Shown here in pieces: positions 47,301 to 55,239 of a DNA stretch of 64,000 nt (positions within the stretch are counted from its first letter, which is position 1; every line of letters begins with the position of its first letter). Origin of the DNA: an uncultured Bacteroidales bacterium (GTDB taxonomy: Bacteria; Bacteroidota; Bacteroidia; Bacteroidales; Bacteroidaceae); assembly GCA_902763865.1 (NCBI GenBank), contig CACWTR010000002.1:12343-76342 (forward strand), written 5' to 3'. The translations under genes were made by a program, and so were the position numbers. The notes below the pieces were generated by a model that saw only the letters and a list, made by a program, of their open reading frames with translations, made no database searches and was not told where the DNA came from.

Positions 47301-48744
47301 CATCAGCGTCTCGACGATGGTGGGCACAAGCGAGGCCAGTTCGTTCCAAGGCACGTTCCTGGGCGGCGGCTACACGCTTACCTTCACACAGGGCTCATCG
47401 TCGGCAGCTTTCGGCGAAGAGAACTGCGCCCCATTCCGCTATGTCAAAAATGCCACCATACAGAACCTCAGGTTGATGGGCGACATCTATACCTCCCGTA
47501 AGTTCGCCGGCGGACTCGTCGCTTGTTGCATCGGTACGACGAACATCATCGGCTGTCAGGTGGGTACCCTCATTTACAGCAGCGTCTCGGGCGACGGCAC
47601 CCACGGCGGCATCGTGGCCATGCCGCAGTCAGGCAGCACGCTGAACATCGAGGGCTGCGTGTATGACGGCCACCTGCTGACCAACAGCGGCACCAACAGT
47701 TGTGGCGGCTTCGTAGGCTGGCACAACGGCGCAACCATCAGCGTCAGCAATTCGCTCTATGCCCCCGCCAGCAGCATACTGACGGGCTGGACAGCCATCA
47801 ACGTCCACACCACCTTCACTTTCGTGCGCGGAGGCAACCCCACCATCACTAACTGCTACTTCACGAGGGCTCTCGGCGCGGAGCAGGGCACGCAATGCTT
47901 CCCTGCCGCCGTCGAACCGACCGCCCTCGGCAACTTGGTGAAGGAATACGGCGTGCTGAAGGTTTACCAGAGCGGCGTCTTCTACGCCGGCACATACTAC
48001 ATGGCTCCCGCCAGCATCAGCCTGGCCGACAACGGCGACAACAGCACCACTATCAGCGAGGCGCACGGCTACTTGGCCGACGTGACACTCCAAGGTCGCA
48101 CGCTCTACAAGGACGGCAAGTGGAACACGCTGTGCCTGCCCTTCAGCCTGGACAATTTCACCGGTACACCCCTCGAGGGAGCCACGGTGAAGACCCTCGC
48201 ATCGACCAGCTTCAGCGGCGGCACGCTGACGATGAACTTCACCGACGACGTGACCAGCATAGAAGCTGGCAAACCGTATATCGTGATGTGGGCCGCCGGC
48301 ACTGACATCGTTGACCCCATGTTCAATGGCGTCACCATCAGCAATGCCACTGCCAACGCCGAGACCGACTATGTCGATTTCATTGGCACCTACAGCCCCA
48401 TCAGCATCTACACCGCCGGCAAGACCAACCTCTACCTCGGCGCTGACAACACGCTCTACTATCCGACGGCCACCGACTTCAAGGTGAATACCTGCCGTGC
48501 CTACTTCCAGCTGAAGCAGGGCCTCACCGCCTCCCCTAACCCCTCCCAAGGAGGGGGGAACCAAGTCCGCGCCTTCGTGCTCAACTTTGGCGACGATGAG
48601 CCCACCGCCATCAAGGAAATGGTAAATCGTAAATCGTCAAATGGTAAATCCGCCTGGTACACGCTCGATGGTCGCATGCTCACTGGCAAGCCCTCGCGCG
48701 CGGGCATATATATAAATAATGGTAAGAAGGTCGCGATTAAGTGA
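44395..48744 (+). CDS. 1449-aa T9SS-secreted surface protein with GLUG-motif repeats
   Basis: Signal peptide. Repeated LVGGICGYNTGTIENC / LGGVCGWNDGTVKYC / VGGIVGSNYGTVQHC. Three ~280-300-aa modules each opening G(T)(S/E)xxPY(L/I)I. C-terminal sorting domain WYTLDGRMLTGKPSRAGIYINNGKKVAIK. Confidence 0.8.
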   Translation: MRTKQLFLILTLLCTVVQGAWAQNFDVWDGVTTKKPSGYYDDPEDDWYITINSAAELAFVMQNYKPDPTYEFYNLPWPPFVLGSVVSRASCEVNFILNADVDMTAGTWIPIGTNWEEKRFYKRFYGNGHTVRLKIDGATDNYQGMFAVVNGLVTNLRVDGRISCGNARLVGGICGYNTGTIENCWVSADVESNHWNVYHYADLGGVCGWNDGTVKYCCMTGNVKNTAKNAGVGGIVGSNYGTVQHCTFYGDVSVDYTQNNKYVGYQTKTMENCFDVFNQGEYDADGNMSLYRRAIKYPYALKLTSAGSSTYVVSAGGEEGASATRSGETVTLTKSGTFDMVRVEIKDADGNDISTTGDINGTLTFTMPKRDVYIAAYSWSDWPTQGTGTSDDPYLISNAEEWKRFANNVSLGRDYSGQYIKLTNDISVSAMAGGSETNAFKGTFDGADHTLTFNATGQTEKFIAPFRCVGGTATIKNLKTAGRISSNNMYATGLIASIEKSNENSPSITVENCQSSMAINNSGSGDLTLSGLVGRIENATLTIRGCVFDGSLSGSSATGNAGFVSWVAPHSNVIVEDCLFAPSSLSTSTDLCATFARKDADASAVVTIARCYSTQALGERQGILCICTTSAPSQLGSLVHDYGKLQAYENGLYYNGNYYLSPTTSTNAGTEGDPYIIAHEADWESFVLWIKEKGDSFTGEYVQLATDITVSTMVGTSEIPFSGIFLGNGHTITANISDASNDGTALFRNIKGATIKDLTVAGTITGGLHAAAIVGIARGTGNSIRNCVATANVSGGTHIGGILGHATNSDIAISGCVFSGTMTGGATAKGAIVGWGDNGGTKSVTDCLYLMANGQNTANLDFVRQYEGTVSVTNSYKTTSAGTYGTHCFSFTFPPAPLGNPRQDYGGLTAYEDAIFYDGTYYLAPATLSGSGTEKAPYLICNTFEWDSFVRYVNSGTTYSGQYVKLAEDISVSTMVGTSEASSFQGTFLGGGYTLTFTQGSSSAAFGEENCAPFRYVKNATIQNLRLMGDIYTSRKFAGGLVACCIGTTNIIGCQVGTLIYSSVSGDGTHGGIVAMPQSGSTLNIEGCVYDGHLLTNSGTNSCGGFVGWHNGATISVSNSLYAPASSILTGWTAINVHTTFTFVRGGNPTITNCYFTRALGAEQGTQCFPAAVEPTALGNLVKEYGVLKVYQSGVFYAGTYYMAPASISLADNGDNSTTISEAHGYLADVTLQGRTLYKDGKWNTLCLPFSLDNFTGTPLEGATVKTLASTSFSGGTLTMNFTDDVTSIEAGKPYIVMWAAGTDIVDPMFNGVTISNATANAETDYVDFIGTYSPISIYTAGKTNLYLGADNTLYYPTATDFKVNTCRAYFQLKQGLTASPNPSQGGGNQVRAFVLNFGDDEPTAIKEMVNRKSSNGKSAWYTLDGRMLTGKPSRAGIYINNGKKVAIK
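48619..48650 (+). repeat. in-frame copy of the GTAAAT element inside the GLUG-repeat gene
   Basis: ATGGTAA ATCGTAA ATCGTCAA ATGGTAA ATC, translated MVNRKSSNGKS immediately before the T9SS domain. Confidence 0.8.
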
Positions 48745-48836
48745 GAATAAAGCAGGGCTCGCTCATGCTTTATCGAGCGTGAGCGAGCTCGAACAAAATT
48801 CAAAGTAGTGATTAAGTAGACAAGGAGGACACAACG

Positions 48837-49019
48837 ATGAAGAAAACATATTTGCAGCCCACGATGATGGTTGTCACGCTACAGCAGCAAAGCATCATCT
48901 GCACCAGTAGCGATATGAATCGTGTCAACAGCAATGCCGACCTCGACTACGGTGGCGGCGGCAGCGGCCCAGCCCGTGCCCGCAGCTACGGCGGCACCGA
49001 TTGGGACAACGAATGGTAA
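48837..49019 (+). CDS. small hypothetical protein (60 aa)
   Basis: AAGGAGGA 7 nt upstream. Core-like GC. MKKTYLQPTMMVVTLQQQSIICTSS N-terminus and acidic/aromatic C-terminus DWDNEW. Followed by structured repeats. Confidence 0.45.
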   Translation: MKKTYLQPTMMVVTLQQQSIICTSSDMNRVNSNADLDYGGGGSGPARARSYGGTDWDNEW

Positions 49020-49043
49020 CACAACACGTGAATTCGACGACAT

Positions 49044-49138
49044 TAATTAATGATAATTATATGAGCTATTACGTGGTAATTCGTGTTTTACCTTTAACAT
49101 ATAATTACCATCAATGACCCATTAATTATCATTAATTA
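49044..49138. repeat. nested inverted repeats; the right arm is a tandem ATTAATTATC 10-mer
   Basis: TAATTAATGATAATTA (49044-49059) pairs with TAATTATCATTAATTA (49123-49138). Inner GGTAATT (49075-49081) pairs with AATTACC (49103-49109). Confidence 0.8.
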
Positions 49139-49156
49139 TCGGTTTAGGAGGTCTTT

Positions 49157-49240
49157 AACAACGGATTTAACGGATTTAACGGATTGTGTTATACAGGTGT
49201 AGCATAAATCCGTATAATCCGTTAAATCCGTTGTTTTTAT
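49157..49240 (+). terminator. 29-bp-arm hairpin built from AACGGATTT 9-mers, followed by a T-tract
   Basis: AACAACGGATTTAACGGATTTAACGGATT (49157-49185) against AATCCGTATAATCCGTTAAATCCGTTGTT (49207-49235), then TTTTAT. Confidence 0.65.
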
Positions 49241-49485
49241 ATATAATGGTCTTTTGAAGGAAGCGCACTCCCGCTATTTGAGATTTAGTCGTCCTTCGGA
49301 CGAGAAATTGAACAAATCTTTTCAAGTCAAACAAATCAAGGCATAGAAATACAGCCTGTCAGATTTGAACAGATTTGCCAGAAAGTGCTGAAAAATTTCG
49401 GGAATATGATTATCCTTCCAAGTCTGGTGTATGATTTTAGGTATCCTTATCATGTTCATCCCCCTTTCTTGTACTCACATTCTTC

Positions 49486-50364
49486 TTAGAGTCTTCGGAC
49501 AGTCGCGTTAATGGAAGTGCCGCCAGCCTCCCATGCTATCTTGATTCGTCTGAGGGCGGGATTCCCGTCGTCCGTGTCGTAGTCGATGTTATAGCGTATA
49601 AGAACGATATGTTGGTCGGATATCAGTCGGGCTCTACCCTTGAATTTTGTTATGTGAAGAGTCTGACTGTCAAAATAGGTCACACCCGTAACCTCGCCTA
49701 CATCGTACTTCCTGCCGTCATACTTAAAAAGTCGAGTTTCCCTGTTCCTGTCAAAGACGAAACGATAGACACCCCGACCGGAAGCGTCAACAACGTGATA
49801 CGCAGAAATATCGTAATATGCGACTGTCGTGTTATATTGTTTTAAGGGATACAATGGTTCTGCCAAATGAACCCGTAATTTGATGTTTGGTAAGAGCGTC
49901 CCTATGGGAACCTGATATGTCCATGGTGCCCAAATCGGATTTAATCTGGCAAACGCTCTGAGGTACTTTCCCAAATAGATGCTGTCATTGCGAAAGAGTT
50001 TGTATGGTTCTTCGCAGGTGAAGTCGCTCGTTGATTCATAAAAGCCGGGATATGACTCATCGAAGGTGATACCCGCTTTAGCCGGGATAGTGCATCTGAC
50101 AGATAACGGAGCCAGAGAGTCTCGCAGGAAGATCGCGTCTATCTGATACGTCCCCTCCTTGTATTGCATCCTGTCTTCCTGAAACTGTGCGATGACTTGC
50201 TTCAGCAACTTTTTGGGGTGCTTGACAGGCTTGATGGAAAGCAAACTGATAGAATCCTCCTTTACAAGAGATAAGGAGAAATCTTCCAAATTCGTTTGAG
50301 CCATAACCGTTATTACAGAAATCAAAGAAGACAAGAATAAAAATAAAATGATGCGCCTATTCAT
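49486..50364 (-). CDS. secreted hypothetical protein, paralog of 51353-52165
   Basis: Signal peptide. Shared LSIKPV..P..LL..V......M pattern with the paralog. AT-rich. Confidence 0.65.
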   Translation of the reverse strand: MNRRIILFLFLSSLISVITVMAQTNLEDFSLSLVKEDSISLLSIKPVKHPKKLLKQVIAQFQEDRMQYKEGTYQIDAIFLRDSLAPLSVRCTIPAKAGITFDESYPGFYESTSDFTCEEPYKLFRNDSIYLGKYLRAFARLNPIWAPWTYQVPIGTLLPNIKLRVHLAEPLYPLKQYNTTVAYYDISAYHVVDASGRGVYRFVFDRNRETRLFKYDGRKYDVGEVTGVTYFDSQTLHITKFKGRARLISDQHIVLIRYNIDYDTDDGNPALRRIKIAWEAGGTSINATVRRL

Positions 50365-50453
50365 AGGTCTAATTATCTAATCCTAACTATACAGACGATA
50401 TTCTTCGGGAATCACAAAATACCCACTAAAAAATCGGCAGAGAATCGTGAAGG

Positions 50454-51209
50454 CTACTCGATGATGATATCCTTCCGTCTGCGCCAATGAGGCCAAGAGT
50501 ATGCTCTAGGTTTACCGTCATCTGGGCCGAAGGTATCGACGTAGCGGTCGTAAAGACCATCCAGCACCATCGGAATCGGAATGTTCAGCTGCCTCATCTG
50601 CTCTTTCAACTCATTTCTTGTCATCGGACCGAAAAGATCGTATGATTTTTGGCTTGCTATCCAATAATCTACTTTACGACTTGTAAACACTCTCTCCTGT
50701 CCTGCATAGGTATATTCACCCATTAGAAGTGAGAGTGTGTCACGTGTTTTGTCCTTATCATTGACAAGATGTTCATGTCCCAAAATCCTGCCAGGTATCT
50801 TGCTCTCCAGCACCATCCAGTTTCCTTGTCTCCCGTATGCACTGATATATCCGATATCAACGTAGGCATAATCACTGCCAAAACAGTACAAGGTATCTAC
50901 CCTGCCGGATATGCGATGTACACGGACAGGGAAACATGGCCAAAGGCGTATGGATTCTTCCCAGGCAGAGTCTGATTTTAGAATCATATCCTCTCTGTTT
51001 TTGCAGAACAGGTTATGACAGGTAATGTTATATCTTTTTGCAGGGTTGACATCTTCTTTTATGCTTACGCTGTCGCTCTGGTTGACAAACAATTCTCTAC
51101 CGTCTGACCAATCATCATCCTCCATATAAAAGAAGGTGACACCTTTTGGATTATAGTCGCAGCCTACGAGTAGTAGAATGGCATATAAACGAATAAGACG
51201 AGTTATCAT
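50454..51209 (-). CDS. hypothetical lipoprotein
   Basis: Lipobox LLLVGC near the N-terminus. No family motif recognised. Confidence 0.6.
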   Translation of the reverse strand: MITRLIRLYAILLLVGCDYNPKGVTFFYMEDDDWSDGRELFVNQSDSVSIKEDVNPAKRYNITCHNLFCKNREDMILKSDSAWEESIRLWPCFPVRVHRISGRVDTLYCFGSDYAYVDIGYISAYGRQGNWMVLESKIPGRILGHEHLVNDKDKTRDTLSLLMGEYTYAGQERVFTSRKVDYWIASQKSYDLFGPMTRNELKEQMRQLNIPIPMVLDGLYDRYVDTFGPDDGKPRAYSWPHWRRRKDIIIE

Positions 51210-51352
51210 ATCAAAGATAAGTTACTTGTAGGATGAATTAATTATGTACTATCGTCATATCCATGCACTTGGTTTCGCCACAAATTTCCTAATAATATGT
51301 GAAATATACAAGCATTTTGCAGGAAATCTCGTTATCGAGCACGAAAATGTTC

Positions 51353-52165
51353 CTATTCAGCCAACCGTATGGAAACTTTGTGTATGACAAACCTGTTCCA
51401 TACGGCTAATTCAGTGTAATTCTGCAATACAGGTGCCCCGTTTTCCTCTCCGTAGTCACACCGGCATAAACCACGGTGCCTGTTTACGAAACGGTCACAG
51501 TTGATTTGCGTAAGCCGTAGGGTTTCACGGTCCAAGTACCATTTGATATTGCTGCCTATTTTCATACCCCGGAGATTCCTGTCCTCCAGTTCCTTCTTGT
51601 CAAAATGTATACGATATATGCCCCTGCCGGTCTCGTCTTCTATGCTGTAGGCTGTCACATTATAAATTTTTTTGATTGACTTATGGATGGCCTTCAACTT
51701 GCGATCTGAAAACATGCGCGTGAGAGACAAGGCCGTACCACACCATTCTACATACATGTCGTTTGTGTAGGGTCCGCCAACCGCTAATTCCACATCCAGA
51801 CTGTCATCCAGAGTTATGATAAACGGTCCTTCGAAGTGCAAGGGACCTTCTTCACACTGTTGGATTTCTATGCCGTTGTCATCTTCTACGGTAAACGTGC
51901 GATTTACAGACAGCCTGGGCGGAGTCCTGATGTTCAGTGTTGCCTCCAGCTGATATTCCCGTCTTGAATGCTTCTGCTGCATGTCCTTCTCGAGCCGTTC
52001 CAGTACACGCATCAACAGCCCCAGCGGGTCCTCCACAGGCTTGATGGAAAGAGTGCTCATATAGTCCTCCTTCTCGACAAAGAATAAGGAGTCAAGCGGA
52101 TTCTGCCCTAAGGCTGCCCCCGGCACCCAGGCCAGGAGCAGCAGGATGGAGAGTAGGTGTTTCAT
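51353..52165 (-). CDS. secreted hypothetical protein, paralog of 49486-50364
   Basis: The start MKHLLSILLLLAWVPGAALG at 52165 is preferred, because the track start at 52237 reads into the hairpin repeat. Confidence 0.65.
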   Translation of the reverse strand: MKHLLSILLLLAWVPGAALGQNPLDSLFFVEKEDYMSTLSIKPVEDPLGLLMRVLERLEKDMQQKHSRREYQLEATLNIRTPPRLSVNRTFTVEDDNGIEIQQCEEGPLHFEGPFIITLDDSLDVELAVGGPYTNDMYVEWCGTALSLTRMFSDRKLKAIHKSIKKIYNVTAYSIEDETGRGIYRIHFDKKELEDRNLRGMKIGSNIKWYLDRETLRLTQINCDRFVNRHRGLCRCDYGEENGAPVLQNYTELAVWNRFVIHKVSIRLAE

Positions 52166-52228
52166 ATCAAGTGCAAAGATAATGTATTTTTTAGAAGTGC
52201 CTGTTTGCATTTTCCTGTGCCCTTTCGT

Positions 52229-52295
52229 CAGTACCATCGCGGGAAAACTCCAGTACCACCGTGGGAGTACTGGAGTTTTCCCGCGGTGGTATTGG
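52229..52295. repeat. second copy of the CGCGGGAAAACTCCAGTAC hairpin family
   Basis: Perfect 19-bp arms at 52238-52256 and 52268-52286 with an 11-nt loop. Confidence 0.9.
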
Positions 52296-52313
52296 CGGAA
52301 GTACGTGCTGCGT

Positions 52314-53078
52314 TTACTTCATCACCCGCTTCTTCCTCCCTTCAATGTAGATGCCGTGCGTAGGCTTGCCGGGAAGACGGCGCCCTTGCAGGTCGTAGAT
52401 AGCTCCGATACTCTTCTCTTGTTGCCCATCACTTTTCATTTCCCTGATGCCAGTTACAGTCTGTGAAGTCTTCCAGTACTCGTCATGGTCAAAGATGGTT
52501 TGGCCGTTCAACTCACAGGTTTTCAAATAACTGTACCCGCCAACCCACCATGTCCCGATGCCTTCGCAGAGGCTTGTCAGGTTGCCTACACCTGTTAAGA
52601 GGCCGACACCTTCAATCCATTGGCAAGAGCAGTAGTCGTCTTCGGCAGGAACCCACTCTATCACCGTCCAATACTCACTCCGATATTTGACAGACCACTT
52701 CTTTGTGACAGTCAACTCAAATGGACCGATATTGACAACAGCTCCCGGCTCGCAGGAAAAGTCATACAAAAGTTTGGGCGTCGTACTGCCCGACGCAATG
52801 TAAAACACCTTTCCGCCTTCTTCGTACAATGCTCCCTTATATAGGTGTTCAATGGGGGCGGCGGCGGGGGGGTTACTTGTAACATAGAGCTTCACGCACT
52901 GGCGGTAAGCTATCGCTGTGTCGCCCTCAAGACAGAAAACTTCTTCCCATGTTGATACTCCCGTGGAGTTCTCTTTATGATAAGTCCACACCTTTCCATC
53001 TTCTACGAGCGGATGATTGATTTGTGCCGTGGCACTCATGCATGCCACCAGACATACACCAAAAAGAAACTGTTTCAT
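52314..53078 (-). CDS. T9SS C-terminal-domain protein of unknown function
   Basis: Signal peptide. C-terminus IYDLQGRRLPGKPTHGIYIEGRKKRVMK. Shares EGGKVFY / WIEGVG patterns with 54013-55236. Confidence 0.7.
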   Translation of the reverse strand: MKQFLFGVCLVACMSATAQINHPLVEDGKVWTYHKENSTGVSTWEEVFCLEGDTAIAYRQCVKLYVTSNPPAAAPIEHLYKGALYEEGGKVFYIASGSTTPKLLYDFSCEPGAVVNIGPFELTVTKKWSVKYRSEYWTVIEWVPAEDDYCSCQWIEGVGLLTGVGNLTSLCEGIGTWWVGGYSYLKTCELNGQTIFDHDEYWKTSQTVTGIREMKSDGQQEKSIGAIYDLQGRRLPGKPTHGIYIEGRKKRVMK

Positions 53079-53107
53079 AGTATTGTCTTTTAATAGGATT
53101 ATGATTG

Positions 53108-53115
53108 CAAAGATA
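53108..53115 (-). promoter_or_regulatory. candidate -7 box (TATCTTTG on minus strand) for 52314-53078
   Basis: CAAAGATA on the plus strand, 30 nt upstream of the start at 53078. Confidence 0.45.
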
Positions 53116-53219
53116 CGAAATTATTCAATACACTTACTCATGTTTTTTTACTTTTAGGGTTAATAATTGTGTTTGTCGCTGCAAAGTTACGGTGATTTTT
53201 CTCTTGCTGCAGGCGGTTC

Positions 53220-53372
53220 TCACGCTCCTGCCGGATGAGATCCTGATAATAAGCCCCCCTTCGTTTCTTGCAAGTCGATGTACGCCCTTTCTATGCATTC
53301 GTAAGCTGAATCCAGGTATGTAAGGGACGATGCCGCATCATGTTCCTTGGCCGACAGGATGGCGTGTCTCAT
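53220..53372 (-). pseudogene. internally deleted remnant of a TPR-HTH regulator paralog
   Basis: Minus-strand MRHAILSAKEHDAASSLTYLDSAYECIERAYIDLQ... joins the start (MRH) to the segment matching AILSAKDNDASSFLAYSDSSYECMRKMYTQ of 59419-61008. Confidence 0.55.
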
Positions 53373-53395
53373 AGAGTATTATCGTCCGGATAGGG

Positions 53396-53781
53396 CTATT
53401 CGCAGACTTTCCTACCGTTCTTTATGTAGATACCCTTGATGGATTTACCATTAGACCATTTACCATTTACCATTTTTCCGGTGAGGTCGTAGCAATTACC
53501 ATTTGACGATTTACCATTTACCATTTCCTCCCCTATCCTCGGAGAGGGAACGGGGGTGATGCCATCGATGATGTCGGTCTGCCCGTGTCGCTCCGCTGAA
53601 CGTAGGCCTTATAGTATAACGTATCGCCCAGGAAGTAGCAGGTGTTGTCCATGTGGACGAACACCATCTCCTACGGCAGTACAGCCGCCTGCCTCTTGGC
53701 GAGGTTGTCCAGCCCCGGCTCCTGGGCAAAAGCTGAAATACAAACTGCAAGTAACAGTGTGGTGATGCTTGTGTATCTCAT
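53396..53781 (-). pseudogene. chimeric gene remnant: signal peptide, in-frame TAG, frameshift, then a T9SS domain identical to the M60 gene tail
   Basis: MRYTSITTLLLAVCISAFAQ...AAVLP, then TAG at 53671-53673, then EMVFVHMDNTCYFLGDTLYYKAYV. A different frame gives QTDIIDGI...KGIYIKNGRKVCE*. The first 76 nt from 53396 are identical to those from 61033. Confidence 0.75.
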
Positions 53782-54012
53782 ATATTCATGTCCTTCTGTA
53801 TATATAACGTCGCAGGGCGGCATTTGTAACACGATTGCCGACGTTTTTTCTTATTTCAGGCACATCCGAGAAATTGTCACACCGAAAACACAACATTAAA
53901 TCCTCCACGACACCTTCCTTCGTGATGAAAGCTTCCATGATTTCCTTTTTCAGTCAAGTTACTATGTTTGGCGTTTCCGACTGCAAACATAGTAGCTTGA
54001 CTATATCTTGCC

Positions 54013-55236
54013 TTAATGCTCTATGACCTTCCTGCCGTCCCTGATGTAGATGCGTGACCCACCAACCCCCGTTATGGGGAGAAAGATTAGACGGCGACCA
54101 TTCAGGTCATAACAGTTCCCTGCAGCATTGGCTGTGGTCTTGATGACACTGATGCTTTTCTCTTGAGTTGATGGCACTACGGAGTTCATAGAAGTGGCTA
54201 TAGGCCCCTTGCATTCCAGAGTCATGTACTCATCTTCTGGCATCCTTACTTGATATACACCAGCCTTGAAGCCGGGAATCTTTGCTTCATAGCACACATC
54301 TTCTCCATATTGTGTATCTGAATTACTGTACATTTTCATCATTACGTCTATACAATCGTCTTCTATCAGGCATTCTGCATACAAACATGTAGGAATAGCG
54401 TCAACGGACTTTACGCCACACAAATGCAGCGTATCGGCGATGAATTCACATGTTTTGATGTCAGTTTTACCTATCATGTCTGCTCTCTCTGCCTTGTAGT
54501 TATCGGTGTTGACATGGGGATACATAAAAAGATTCACGCCATATGCAATTGAGACACTTGCAGAGGAGGGCTTAAGTCCCGTCTTGGCGAAAACCTTGTT
54601 CCTTTCCATAAGGAAGTACGGCGTAATGCCCCAGTTCTTTGATCCCAGACCTTCTACCCATGTCTCTTCCTCACCTGTCTGCTCGGACACCAACGTCATC
54701 TCCGTTGTTGTGAAGGTATAGTAAAAGAAACCACGATATCTGTCTTCACCCACTCTGCGTTTCTCTGTTACGACATAGGTCACTCCGCTTGCATCAGTAA
54801 ACTCGTCCCCTACTTTCAGACTATAGTCAACAATCACAATCTCTCTGCACTCTTCCGGCAGAAGGCAGAAGACTTTGTCTCCTTCCTGCCTGTAATATAG
54901 TGTGTCTGTATATTCGCTGCCGTATGGCCTTATTGCCGACATAAGCAGAAAATCATCCCCTAACAAATCATCCTTCTCCTCATATCCACACACTACCGGG
55001 ACATAGTCTTTGTCCATTATCAAAGTGTCACCCGCCAGCCTGTAGTCGAAGTTGACAAATCTTCCATCCTCGTCCTCGACATGCAGGAGCCAGAACTTGG
55101 GGAATTTCTCCAGCATGGATTTTGACACATGATGGAAAATGGTTGGAAAACCCGTATATGGAGGCAGGACAGCATCTGCCTTGGCCGTAAGTAAGGACCA
55201 TGCCATTATAATCAGTATTAAGAAGTTCTTTTTCAT
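54013..55236 (-). CDS. T9SS C-terminal-domain protein of unknown function
   Basis: Signal peptide. C-terminus CYDLNGRRL...RIYIRDGRKVIEH. 3 nt after the C25-like gene. Confidence 0.7.
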   Translation of the reverse strand: MKKNFLILIIMAWSLLTAKADAVLPPYTGFPTIFHHVSKSMLEKFPKFWLLHVEDEDGRFVNFDYRLAGDTLIMDKDYVPVVCGYEEKDDLLGDDFLLMSAIRPYGSEYTDTLYYRQEGDKVFCLLPEECREIVIVDYSLKVGDEFTDASGVTYVVTEKRRVGEDRYRGFFYYTFTTTEMTLVSEQTGEEETWVEGLGSKNWGITPYFLMERNKVFAKTGLKPSSASVSIAYGVNLFMYPHVNTDNYKAERADMIGKTDIKTCEFIADTLHLCGVKSVDAIPTCLYAECLIEDDCIDVMMKMYSNSDTQYGEDVCYEAKIPGFKAGVYQVRMPEDEYMTLECKGPIATSMNSVVPSTQEKSISVIKTTANAAGNCYDLNGRRLIFLPITGVGGSRIYIRDGRKVIEH

Positions 55237-55239
55237 TGT

